A stretch of DNA of 63,388 nucleotides, filler included, from Octopus bimaculoides (Eukaryota): assembly GCF_001194135.2 (NCBI RefSeq). It is 8 parts of 7 records of this genome, joined end to end, with 100 filler letters (N's around TTAATTAATTAA, not from the genome) between each part and the next. Parts side by side here need not be neighbours in the genome. Positions count along the whole stretch, not along the records: positions 14,240 to 25,855 come from NC_068996.1; positions 25,956 to 34,209 come from NC_068988.1; 6 more parts are not named here. One strand, given 5' to 3'. This document shows positions 14,557-26,095 of the stretch, one piece after another (position 1 is the stretch's first letter; each line of letters starts with the position of its first letter). The notes beneath the pieces were generated by a model, which had not been told where the DNA came from, did no database searches, and was given only the letters and a program-made list of their open reading frames with translations. The position numbers were made by a program, and so were the translations under genes.

Positions 14557-14951
14557 TATATATATATATGACAATTGAATTTTTCCTTTCGGTTTTATAC
14601 TGCTTATAGCTGCTTTGTTATTTTATAATTTTCACAGTGCCATTTTGCTGAATCATTCACTTATTCATATAGTAAATACTATATACTGACACTTGGGATT
14701 TAGCCGAACTATCCATTGAGGGAGCAATCACCACTGATGAGCAAAACTAGACTAGTATGATGGTCATGCTCACTGTGGGGTAGTTATCTCCCCTGTTAGT
14801 TCATAGACATATACTTCTTTGTGGCCCTAAGGGCTTTTAGCTCTTATTTCTAGCAATGTAGGTACTACCCCGCACCATCAGTCACAATTAATGACAATTG
14901 AATTTTTCCTTTTGGCTTTTATATTGCTTCTAGCCGCCTTCATTATTTTAC

Positions 14952-14984
<33 letters not shown>

Positions 14985-15335
14985 TGTATGTATGTATGCA
15001 TGTATGTATGTATGTATGTATGTATGTATGTATGTATGTGTGTGTATATGTATGAATGTATGTATGTATGCATCCATGCATGCATGTATATATATGGATG
15101 TATGTATATATAAATTATTTGCTGGATCCAATAGAATCAAGGAATTTTAATAAAAAGGACACAAAAGTAAGGTCAAAAACAGATTCTGTGTATCAACAAT
15201 ATATGTGGACACTCATGTGCGTACTAATGTATATATAGACTTGCCCTATCACTTACATATACATGCACATGGACAGATCAGTATACTCATTGATATAAGT
15301 ACCCTTGTACATGTAAAAGTCACACACAGGCATAC

Positions 15336-15482
15336 TCTGGTATGCTGTCCACAGTTCACTGTAAGTTCCAGATCCAGTGTAGGGATGGTTCCCATTGGTG
15401 TTATTATTTATACTACACCACACTCGAAATCTTCACTATGTTGGATCTGGAACTTACAGTGGACTGAGAATTGCATGCCAGA
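15336..15482 (+). ncRNA. Long stem-loop, candidate pri-miRNA/hpRNA or dsRNA editing substrate
   Basis: Perfect 19-bp inverted core CACTGTAAGTTCCAGATCC(A) / (T)GGATCTGGAACTTACAGTG extended by G-U pairs, an outer TCTGGTATGC/GCATGCCAGA stem and an inner TGGTGT/ACACCA stem. Confidence 0.45.
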
Positions 15483-15602
15483 ATCGCTCTCTCTTTCTCT
15501 CTCCCCCCTCTCTCTCTCTTTCTCTCCCCCCCTCTCTCTCTTTCTCTCTCTAGGAACAACAAGCAGGTGTAGTAGTTTAACACTCATGAAGAATGGAAAA
15601 GA

Positions 15603-15638
15603 CTTTTACATTTTGAGCCTATGCTCTTCAACAGAAAG
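15603..15638 (-). ncRNA. Second copy of hammerhead-like motif (degenerate)
   Basis: CUUU-CUGUUGA-A-GAGC(AUAG)GCUC-AAAAU-GUA-AAAG. Confidence 0.45.
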
Positions 15639-17725
15639 GATTAAGAAGAAAGAAAATGGAGATAGAATGAAAATAAAAAGGTAAGAGAAAAAAATGTGTG
15701 GAGATTAATGGTTCAACATAGTGAAATGGCCAGAAGAGAAAGGCTGAATAAAAGTGAAACAATAATAATAATAATAATGGTTACCCCAACGAACTAAGGT
15801 GCACAAGCGCGCATGTGTATGCGAGAATGGTGTGTGTGAGTATGTATGTGTGAATGGGGGTGAGTGCTTGAATATGTATGTGTGGGCAAGCTGAAAATTA
15901 TGTGGACCTGTATGTGTGTATGTGTATAAGTGACCAGTGCATACATTATGTGGAGTGATATGTATTTCAGGTACTGGTATGTATGCGTGTGTGCGTATGG
16001 ACATGTGTACGTATGTGTGGAGTTATCATGTGTGTGTGTGCAAACACATGGGCCTAGGTGTGTGTGTCTGTATACAAGTAACTTAGTGTATGCGTTGTGT
16101 GGAGTGATATGCATTTTGTGTATTTGTGTGTGTGTGGGGGGTGTATAGACATATGTATATGTGTGAGTATGCATATGGGCATGTGTATGTGTGTGAGGCT
16201 AATATGCGTGTGTGTATGTGTGCACATGTGTGCATGCATATGCAAATGCTTGTGTTTAGCAGTTGATGTGTGCTTGTTCAGGAGGTATGTGCATGTATGT
16301 ATGTGTCTGTGACCATATAGTGTGCATGTGTATAGAGTATGTTTGTGGGCAAAAGTTGTCTGTGTTTATGCATGTTGCATGTGTGTGTATATTGTCTGTG
16401 TTCAGGTGTTTTGTGCTTTTGGAGTGAATGCTGTGTTGTTGGGGAACGCATAGAGGTGTGAGATGGGATGGGGGTGGAAAGAGATAGGAGATAGGAGGTT
16501 GGATAGAGATGAGGGAAGTGGGATAGGGGTAAGTGGAGGTAGGATAGGGGTGAAGGGAGCTGATGTGGGGGGAGGTGGGGATTGATAGGTATTAGGTGCT
16601 AGTGAGTGTGGAGTGGCAATGCATGTGCATGTGAATGTGTGCGGGAGTGTGCATGATGGCATGTGGTGTGTGCACTGAGTTGAACAGTGTGTAGGGGTGC
16701 TCGTATAGTGGTATGTGTGGTGTTGCTATTGAAGAGTGTGTGGGGGTGTGGGAATAATGGTGTGTGGTGTGGGTACTGAGAGGGGTTAGGTGTTAGTGTG
16801 TGGAGTGGGAAGGTGTTTGTGGGAGTGTGTGGGTAATGATGTGTGAAGAGAGTAATGAGTTGAACAGTGTGTATGAGTGTTTGCATAGTGGTGTGTGTAT
16901 GTGGTGAGGGTACCGAGATAGGCAGTGTGTGGGTGTGTAGGTGGAGGGGAGGGCAGTTGAATGTGGGAGGTGTGTAGGAATTTGTGTGAGGCTGGTATCA
17001 GATGAAGAGCTGAGGTAGCGAGTTGAGCCCATAAGGGGTAAAAGAATGAAGGGCAAAGGTTAATTCCTGTTTACAGTGAGAGTCCAGGTGGCCCCTGTGC
17101 AGAGACAGTCTGTAAACAGACAGATGTTGTAGCAATATAAATATATGAGTCATAAACGACAGAAATATTTTGATGAACTTTTATTTAAGAATAAGAAAAA
17201 TCCCAACATCACAACAAATTGTTTCGTAACTCAAAAACACATAAATATTTTATATTATTATATCTAGTAATAAATAAATTACTTACATGTCTGCATTAAT
17301 ATAAAATACAAAATCTTCATTCAAAATAATGCAGAATTTGAGCTATATTGTATATTACTGTATATTCTATATGGTTTGTACAATGATACATTAAGAAACT
17401 TTCTTAATGAGTATTATTAGATAACATGAATCCATATGTTGTGTCTTAAATATATATAAATATCTATATATATATATCGTCATATTTTGGGATGGTCATT
17501 GTTTTTCTTTTGCCAAATAAACACATGCACTATATGTTTGTTGTTCACTCGTTTAAGATCGATCTTATTTTATCTTATGTCCATTGTCAGGAAATCTTTC
17601 AACACACACCTGAGATCTTTTTAGTGATACTTCCATCTCATGTGTCTCCTGTTCTAAAATATTGGTTACTGACTACTTGCTGGAAAATGCACTATCTTTT
17701 CATCTATTTTATAAGGAACTAACTA

Positions 17726-17760
<35 letters not shown>

Positions 17761-18063
17761 NNNNNNNNNNNNNNNNNNNNNNNNNNNNNNNNNNNNNNNN
17801 NNNNNNNNNNNNNNNNNNNNNNNNNNNNNNNNNNNNNNNNNNNNNNNNNNNNNNNNNNNNNNNNNNNNNNNNNNNNNNNNNNNNNNNNNNNNNNNNNNNN
17901 NNNNNNNNNNNNNNNNNNNNNNNNNNNNNNNNNNNNNNNNNNNNNNNNNNNNNNNNNNNNNNNNNNNNNNNNNNNNNNNNNNNNNNNNNNNNNNNNNNNN
18001 NNNNNNNNNNNNNNNNNNNNNNNNNNNNNNNNNNNATATGTGTGTGTGTGTGTGGGTGTGTGA

Positions 18064-18380
18064 AAGTGCATGGCACAGTGGTTAGAGTGTCAGGCTCACA
18101 ATCATGAGGTAGTGAGCTTGATTCCCAAACAGGGCTGTGTGTTGTGTTTTTGAGCAAGGTACTTTATTTTACATTGTTCCAGTTCACTCAGCTGTAGAAA
18201 TGAGTTGTGATGCCACTGGTGCCAAGTTGTATTGGCCTTTGTCTTTCCCTCGGATAACATCAGTGGTGTGGAGAGGAGAGGCTGGTATGCATGGGTGACA
18301 GCTGGTTTTCCATATACAACCCTGCCTGGACTTGTGCCTTGGCGGAAAAATTTCTAGGTGCAATTCCATAGTCAGTCATA
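18064..18380 (+). mobile_element. SINE family C related copy (different 3' part)
   Basis: TGGCACAGTGGTTAGAGTG..GTGTTGTGTTTTTGAGCAAGG..CCAGTTCACTCAGCTG. Confidence 0.7.
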
Positions 18381-18679
18381 ATTGAAGGGAAGCCTGGGGG
18401 TCTTTATATTTTATATATATATATATATTATCCTAATCATCATTTCAATGTCTACTTCTTCATATTCATATGAATCAGACAAAATTTAATCAGGCAAATT
18501 TTCTTTGGCTGGATGCCTTTCCTGTCACCAACCCTCACCTGTTTCTAAGCAAAGTAATATTTCCCCATGGTCAGACATGTTTCCATGAAAGATTGGAAAC
18601 AATGAACACTGCATGCATGAAGGAGATACATGTTTACAACTATTGTGATGTCAAGGCAACACACACACACCATCAGCCA

Positions 18680-18800
18680 AACCCACTCACAAGGTCCAAG
18701 GATATAGTAGAAAACATTTACCCAAGGTTCCACACAGTGGGACTGAACCTGGAGTCATGTGGTTGGGAAGCAAACTTCTTACCATACAGCCACTCTTGCA
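18680..18800 (-). mobile_element. SINE family A head
   Basis: GTGGGACTGAACCTGGAGTCATGTGGTTGGGAAGC. Confidence 0.7.
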
Positions 18801-19979
18801 CTTAATGCCATCATGCTTTAAATTTCATATTATCAGCTGCTTTGTGTTTCATTCATACTCATCACAACCACCATTCTTAGCCAATACATCCTGCCTTCCA
18901 ACTAGAATGAATGTTTGCCCTAAACAGTCCTCACCCTGTAAAAAACTTTTGAGAGACATTATTATGGGAAACATTAGTGATGGCAGTATCAGACAAAAAA
19001 TCTGTTGCCTTTTCGTTGGGAACTAAGTTCTAAGCTCAAATTCTGCTGAAGTCAACTTTGATCTAAGGATTGATAAAATATAATTGTCTCAAGTAATGAG
19101 GTCTATTTAATCAACTAATTATTCATGAGAATGTTAGGAACCCTTATTAATGAAGGCCTCATAACAAGAAAAATGTTACATCCACAGGTGACATACTTAA
19201 TGCAGCCAACACTTGACAGCTAGAAAATGTAGCCACATTACCCTTGAATAAGTCAAAAATGACATATTGGATAACATAGTCCTAGATTCCCTGAAATAAA
19301 GACAGGATCATGACAAGAATGTATCTGATTAAATGCTTAAACATTCAGAACTCGACCCTGACTAAAAAACATCATCAGATCCTCTGATGATGGAATTGTG
19401 GCTAAAATATCAGTTACTGATGGCTTGCTGGGAAATGAACTATCTTCACATTTATTCTGTAAGGAAGTACCCGCATACTTTCTTCCTCTTATCCAGCTTT
19501 GGATTCTATCACAGACGACCTACTTTACCTACCGTCTAATATCAATAATTTGGGTTTATCATATAACTGCTCTGAGAGAATATCAGCATTTATTGTAACC
19601 ATAACAAACATTCTTTGACTCATCTTTTATCAACCTCTTGGGCTCTGAACACCTGTAACTTTCAATTCTACCTTCATGTTTTGTCAATGTTTAAGTATAT
19701 AAATGTCATAATCTGATCTGATACCAGTTGTTTGCTTGTTTATAATTTTATTCTATTATAAACGTACCAGCTCAATTGTAAAACTGCCAGTAGGTAATCA
19801 GTACATAGGCAGCTATAACATCCCTGCTTTTTCAGTTGCATTTCAAGAGTTTAGGCAAGAAGTCAATCCGAGTCCTAATTGTATGTATATCCTCCTCCTT
19901 TTTGTTGCCGTCATTGTCGTTGTTGTCGCCAACACCAGCCCTAGCACCAGAACCACCAGCACTGGCACCACCATCACAG

Positions 19980-20065
19980 TGTGACTGTGAGTAAGAAGCT
20001 TGCTTCTCAACTGTGTGATTTTAGGTTCAGTCCCACTGTATGACACCTTGTGCAAGTGTCTTCTA
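19980..20065 (+). mobile_element. SINE family A head
   Basis: AAGAAGCTTGCTTCTCAAC..GGTTCAGTCCCACTG..CACCTTGTGCAAGTGTCTTCTA. Confidence 0.7.
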
Positions 20066-20659
20066 AAATAATAAATGCAAAAACTAATTTCTGTGTGTCA
20101 GTGTGTCACACTTAGACACCCCCTCTCTCACTATTCAATGATGGGATGAGAGTACTATTCCTCATGATTGGATGAGAGTAATAGTAGGCATAGCGATGGT
20201 CAGGACGTTAGTGATAAGAGAGAGAGAGAGAGAGATAGAGAGAGAGAGAAAGAAAACGAGAGGAAGAGAAAGAGAGACAAAAAAATTTAGGGAGAGTTGA
20301 TGATGTTTTATCAAAAGTAGTAGTGTTGATGGTGGCAGTTATAATAAAAGAGAGAGAGAGAGAAAGAGTGGGTATGTGAAAGAAAGAGGGAGATGATGTA
20401 CAACTTTGTTAAATCATGTCTCTTTGACAGAAATTCCAGTCGCCAACATACTGAACACTATCATTTTTGTTTTATTTTTTGCTTTCTTTAATATATATAT
20501 ATATATATAGATATATATATATATATATAAATATACATACACACACACACGCACATATATAAAATACACTGTATGTAATAAAGTTTCCCCAAAATTAAAC
20601 ATATCTAATTTAATAAATGTGAATACCAGTGCGCATACTTTCTCAACTTTAATAAATCC

Positions 20660-20870
20660 TTTCTACTGGAAGCATAAGGCCTCAGATTTTGGGGGAAGGG
20701 ATTAAGTCAATTACATCGACCCCAGTATGGAACTGGTACTAATTTTATCGACCCCAAAAGGATGAAAGGCAAAGTTGACCTTGGCGGAATTTGAACTCAA
20801 AACCTAATAGCAGATGAAATACCACCGAACATTTGTCCGGCTAACTAACAATTCTTCCTGCTTGCTGCCT
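20660..20870 (-). mobile_element. SINE family B copy
   Basis: Same diagnostic blocks. Confidence 0.8.
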
Positions 20871-21263
20871 TAATAAAATATAATAATATAATATAAAATA
20901 TGTGAATGTCAGTGTGTCACACTTTTTCAACTTTACTCCTAGAGGTCGTAGCCCAACATATACCATTTTGGAGTCAGGCTGACCCCGTGAGTAGATTAAA
21001 ACCATTCCGGGCTGAATCCAGACCCACAATCCTGAAATTTTGGATTCCCAAGTTCTCATTACTGTGATTGTTTTCAGCGAATTTTGTACATGACTTTTTG
21101 CGACAAATTTTTTTGTATGATAACAATTTTTATAATCTAAAGGCTAACTCTATGAGCAAATTAAAAACATTCTGGGCAGAATCCAGACCTGCAATCCTGA
21201 AATTTTGGATTGCTATGTTTTCATTACTGTGATTGTTTTTGGCAATTTTTTTTTACATGATTT

Positions 21264-21353
21264 GTTGCAATGAATATGATCATCATTGGGATATGACTCT
21301 GGAAGAAGCAATTGCAACAAATTCTCCAAAACAAGTCAGAGATCTGTTTGCAG
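21264..21353 (+). mobile_element. Helitron Rep-helicase coding fragment (duplicated at 21592-21681)
   Basis: EYDHHWDMTLEEAIATNSPKQVRDLFA resembles the conserved Helitron DD.HW..TL.EA....SP.QLR.LFA linker. Confidence 0.7.
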
Positions 21354-21591
21354 ATCTTCCCATTCAGGGGCAGTTGCTTAAAAGCTATATACTAGCTTAA
21401 AAGCAGCCTGACAGGCTTTTAAGCTTGTCTACCATAGCCTCGTGCCCACCAAAGCCTTGTAAGTGGATTCAATACATGGAAATTGAAAGAAGCCTGCTCT
21501 GTATGTGTGTGTGTGTGGGGGGGATAGGTGTGTGGGGGGTAGGTGTTTGTGTGTGTGGGTGGGTGTGTATGTTTGCGTCTNNNNNNNNNNN

Positions 21592-21908
21592 GTTGCAATG
21601 AATATGATCATCATTGGGATATGACTCTGGAAGAAGCAATTGCAACAAATTCTCCAAAACAAGTCAGAGATCTGTTTGCAGATCTTCCCATTCAGGGGCA
21701 GTTGCTTAAAAGCTATATACTAGCTTAAAAGCAGCCTGACAGGCTTTTAAGCTTGTCTACCATAGCCTCGTGCCCACCAAAGCCTTGTAAGTGGATTCAA
21801 TACATGGAAATTGAAAGAAGCCTGCTCTGTATGTGTGTGTGTGTGGGGGGGATAGGTGTGTGGGGGGTAGGTGTTTGTGTGTGTGGGTGGGTGTGTATGT
21901 TTGCGTCT
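21592..21908. repeat. Exact ~317-bp duplicate of 21264-21580 across an 11-N gap; likely contig-overlap artefact
   Basis: Identical sequence immediately either side of a minimal gap. Confidence 0.8.
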
Positions 21909-23355
21909 GTGTTTGTCCCCCACCACTGCTTGACAACCAAGGTAATTATGGATTGTTTTTAATCGATAATTTAATCTCTTATACTTTTAATTTTTTTTCT
22001 TTCTTTTCTTCCTGTAAAAATAGATGTAATAAAATGTAATTCATTGATAAAATATATATATACATAAAACTTAACAAACAGTTATCCTCGGTGGTTTAAT
22101 GTTGTAGTTACAACTGGTTGTTCTATGCAAGAAGAGCAGCGTATGGCTGAAAAACAGAAAAAAGGAACCCCAGCAGAAGTTACTACTATAGCAGAGATAT
22201 GTCATGGGCAGCAGTGAGAAGGAAAATAACAGTCAAAACATTATATATATATAAATAAAATGAATTAATGATGCAACAGTGTGAGTGGTGTAAATGACAG
22301 TGGTTATAATGTATTCAATATTATTGTGTTCGTTATCATACTTCAGTTAAATACGTTGGTTTCGTTTCATATAATTTTGAAATTAATGAAGAATTGCGTA
22401 AAAAAAAAAAACTTTGACATTAAGCTGGTGCTGCAAACAAATTAATATGAAATGTCGATGGAAGGTTTTTAATTTAGATCACTTTAAAACAATGTGTTTC
22501 AGTCTTGGATTATGCCTGAGTCGTCGTGAATAGATATAGAGAGCAGCACCAAGGTTGGAACAATGAAAACGAAGTAATTTACTCAAAGATGATATAACAT
22601 GCTACCTGGTCGAAGAATCGAATCAACGACCGTGCAATCAGGAGACTATCACCACTGAATCATTAAGCCACGCCCCTTCTACAAAGTGCTTTATAGACAG
22701 TGTATTTAATAATCAATAAAGTAAACACTCACTTTTCAACTATATGCAGCACAACAGAGAGAAACGTATATCAAATTAAAGATTAGTTGTAAAGCAGAGT
22801 GGTGAGAAAACTCTTTAGTTTTGTTGATTCTTTTTCTTTCGCACGCACACTCACCCTCTGGTACAATAGACTCGTGGGTGGGTGGACCACTGATCTACCC
22901 AGCGCACTGTATAGATCGGTGAGGTGCATAAGTACTCGGCATTTGGCAATATCTCTGAAATGTCTGCACGGTTAGTTGGAATGTAAACAAGCCTTGCTGT
23001 CACTCTATAGTGAGCACGTTTGTTAGCAGTGTATTAAATTTTGTTAATGCCCAACTTTTCCGTTATAAATTAAACATTTTTCGTGAAAAATTGTTTTGTT
23101 GTGTTCATAAATCATCAGAAGCATCCCCCACCTCTTTCTAAAATATATCTTGCTGAAGTATAGGGTGTGGTGCGTATTATCACTTGGAGTATATTAATGA
23201 CCGAGAAATAAGATACAATAGACAGAGAGCAGACAGACAGACAGATAGATAGATAGATAGATAGAAGTGTGTGTGTGTGTGTATCTAAATATACACACAC
23301 GAGTACTCGTTAATGACAAAATCCAAATTCTCGTTTCTGCTTTTTACCACGACCT

Positions 23356-23357
23356 TC

Positions 23358-23388
<31 letters not shown>

Positions 23389-23497
23389 TTTTGCCTTCTC
23401 TCTTTCTTTCTTTCTTTCTTTTTTGCCTTCCTTCCTTCCTTCCTTCCTTCCTTCCTTCCTTCCTTTCTTCCTTCCTTCCTTTCTTTCTTTTATTTTT

Positions 23498-23540
<43 letters not shown>

Positions 23541-23552
23541 CTCTTTCTTTCT
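23356..23552. repeat. (TTTC)n/(TTCC)n polypyrimidine tract
   Basis: Direct. Confidence 0.96.
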
Positions 23553-24619
23553 TAATATTACGAATTTGATATACACAAACAAATGCACATGTTTAAGACG
23601 GATATATAAAGTGTATAAATTTCGATACCCTTTCCACGACTCGTACATGTTAATGAATATAGAAACTGTTTTCTAAGAAGAACCTTACACATCTCCAGAC
23701 TGTTGTTATTGCTTGGTTCCAGATGAGTCAATCAGTCAGTCACATGATAAAGGTATTCCAGCTGTAACTGTCCTTTTTTTTCCATTTTTTTTTCCATCTA
23801 TGACTGCACTGACTTACGTCCTTTCTCAAACAATAGGGTATTATTTGAGGGAGAGTTTGTTTGCCATTTCTAACTGATTGAACGACTGCCTTGGGGTACT
23901 CGTTTCTCTCTCGACCACTAGATGGAAATGTTGCTGCTAAGTCTCTAGTCAGCCTAGAGCAACAAAACCAATCTATGCTGAAAATCATAATGACAAATAG
24001 CAACCCAGTCCTTTGGCACTACATTATCATGCCCATCGCCTAGTGGATGCACTGCATGTCACTCTCCCCACCTCACTATTCAGTGGTGCACCTTCAGATT
24101 TACTCTACTTTAGTGATTCCACTTTAGCACTATTACAAATTAGTGCTTACTCAGAATATTCAGAAGCACTCACAGGCACTATACTCTGGCAATGGGCCTG
24201 ATATACACATACATACATGTATGCATGCATATATGCATTCGTACATACATGCATGCATACATACATACATACATACATACATGTGTACATGCATTGATAC
24301 ATTGATATATATGTACAAACATACATGCCCATCTGGTGATGGGCATGTATGTTATTCAATGTTTTTTTTTTCAATGTTAAATTATAAGGCAATACAACAC
24401 ATCAGTTTGAATTAAATCTTTAAAGATTCCCATACAGTTTGTGTGTACAAATAATGTAAAAATTTAAGCAATTATTTAACACATCTATAGGTCACTACTG
24501 GAATTATTCCAGTAGTGCCCTATCATACTCATGATAGGGCTCATGAGTATGATATACCATCCAGTTTATCATATCCATAATATACTATCTCTCTATCTTT
24601 CAAAAGTTGTCCCAGTGGA

Positions 24620-25579
24620 CAGAAAGGAAAAGGTATTGCCTCAGAGAATGGCAAGGGAGATGCACTGGAACAACCACTCTGACTCACAGGGCTTGCACTT
24701 GCGGATAGCCATCTCTGCCCCAATAGCAGTGAGCAAAGATGTGGCTCAGAGGCCAAGAATGCTTGAGGTTTCCATTGCCACAGATACGACCACAAATCTG
24801 TCAGATAGGGGCTGGTACTTTAACAGTTTGCTCTTCTCAGCTTGATAAGCAGCAAAGCTTGTGCTGACAGCTGAACACATCAGGTTGCTGCTGGAGAAGA
24901 TGTCATAGCATGTAGCATCTCAGATGAGAGGCCTAGCACCACAGAACAGGAAGGTCATCATGCTGTTTGGCCTTTTACCATCATCTTGGTCTAGCCTCAC
25001 TGATTCAAGCTAGGAAGGGAAGCCTGTGGCATCTCATCCATGCTTTATGTTTTCATTGAGAGCAGCATAGTATTGAAGGTGGACAGCACTATGACGGCAT
25101 GACAATGGATGGAGCCTGGAAGGATCTATAATGGATCTGCAATGGAATTTGCAAGGTTCACAGATCTGGAGACCAAGCCTCAGAGAAAACTCCAATGCAC
25201 AGACAGTTGCTATCAAGCTGAGTGCCAGTTGAGACTGAGTGCACTGTGCTGAGTAAGTCACTGCTGTGGGCTTAGGAAACATGCCAAATGATGCTGGTCA
25301 AGTCAGCACACAGCCAGTCTGAGACCAGACTGCCCTGAATGGCATCCTATTTGTTTCGGGGGGGGGGGGGACTGGACTTATACAAAGGAGAGAGGGCAAT
25401 GAATGTCGGCAGGGTAGAGGCTGAGCTAGCTCCATGTTGCATAAGTTGCTTTACACTCCCTGATCACAGTAAGTTGAGTTGAGTTGTAAGAGGCCACCAA
25501 TGAGAGAAATGCTGGCAGGGCCAGTGAGACTGGACACTGGAAGCTGAGGCCACCATACTTGACAGGTAAGGTGGCCTGT
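24620..25579 (-). mobile_element. CRE-clade LINE 3' fragment (RT C-terminus plus restriction-like endonuclease), decayed
   Basis: QATLPVKYGGL..SLALPAFLS; LRLGLQICEPCKFHCRSIIDP..HPLSCRHS..YAALNENIKH; DDGKRPNSM..LI*DATCYD..AEKSKLLKY..VAMETSSILG..WLFQCISLAIL*GN. Confidence 0.88.
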
Positions 25580-25855
25580 TGCCATGGAGTGTCACCAAAC
25601 TGGATGATGCATATCTCTTCAGTAGCCTGTTGACATCTGTGAGGAGAGATGCAGGTTGTATGTATATATATATATATATATATATATTAAATATATACTT
25701 TTATAAAACAAATTTTACAAAATATATAGTATCTGTTAACAGTCTTAGCCAAAAACTCACAGTTGAGTTTTTGTATATATATATGTATACATGTCTCTTA
25801 AAGGATAGAGCTCAAAATCAATGCATTGAAGATACTTTATTGCAGCAACAATTAT

Positions 25856-25955
25856 NNNNNNNNNNNNNNNNNNNNNNNNNNNNNNNNNNNNNNNNNNNNT
25901 TAATTAATTAANNNNNNNNNNNNNNNNNNNNNNNNNNNNNNNNNNNNNNNNNNNN
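25856..25955. other. Artificial scaffold-joining spacer
   Basis: 44N-TTAATTAATTAA-44N. Confidence 0.97.
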
Positions 25956-26095
25956 CATCGCTTGACAATCGATGGTGGTGTGTTTACGTCCCCGTAAGCT
26001 AGCGGTTCGGCATAAGTCCTGGGGTCGATTTGCTCGACTAAAGGCGGTGCTCCAGCATGGCTGCGGTCAAATGACTGAAACAAATAAACGAATAG
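25956..26095 (+). mobile_element. SINE family A 3' half at scaffold start
   Basis: CATCGCTTGACAATCGATGG..AAGGCGGTGCTCCAGCATGGCTGCGGTCAAATGACTGAAAC. Confidence 0.8.

Noticed and set aside
21264-21908. Biological tandem duplication of 317 bp
   Set aside because: Copies are identical and separated only by a minimal N gap; typical assembly overlap
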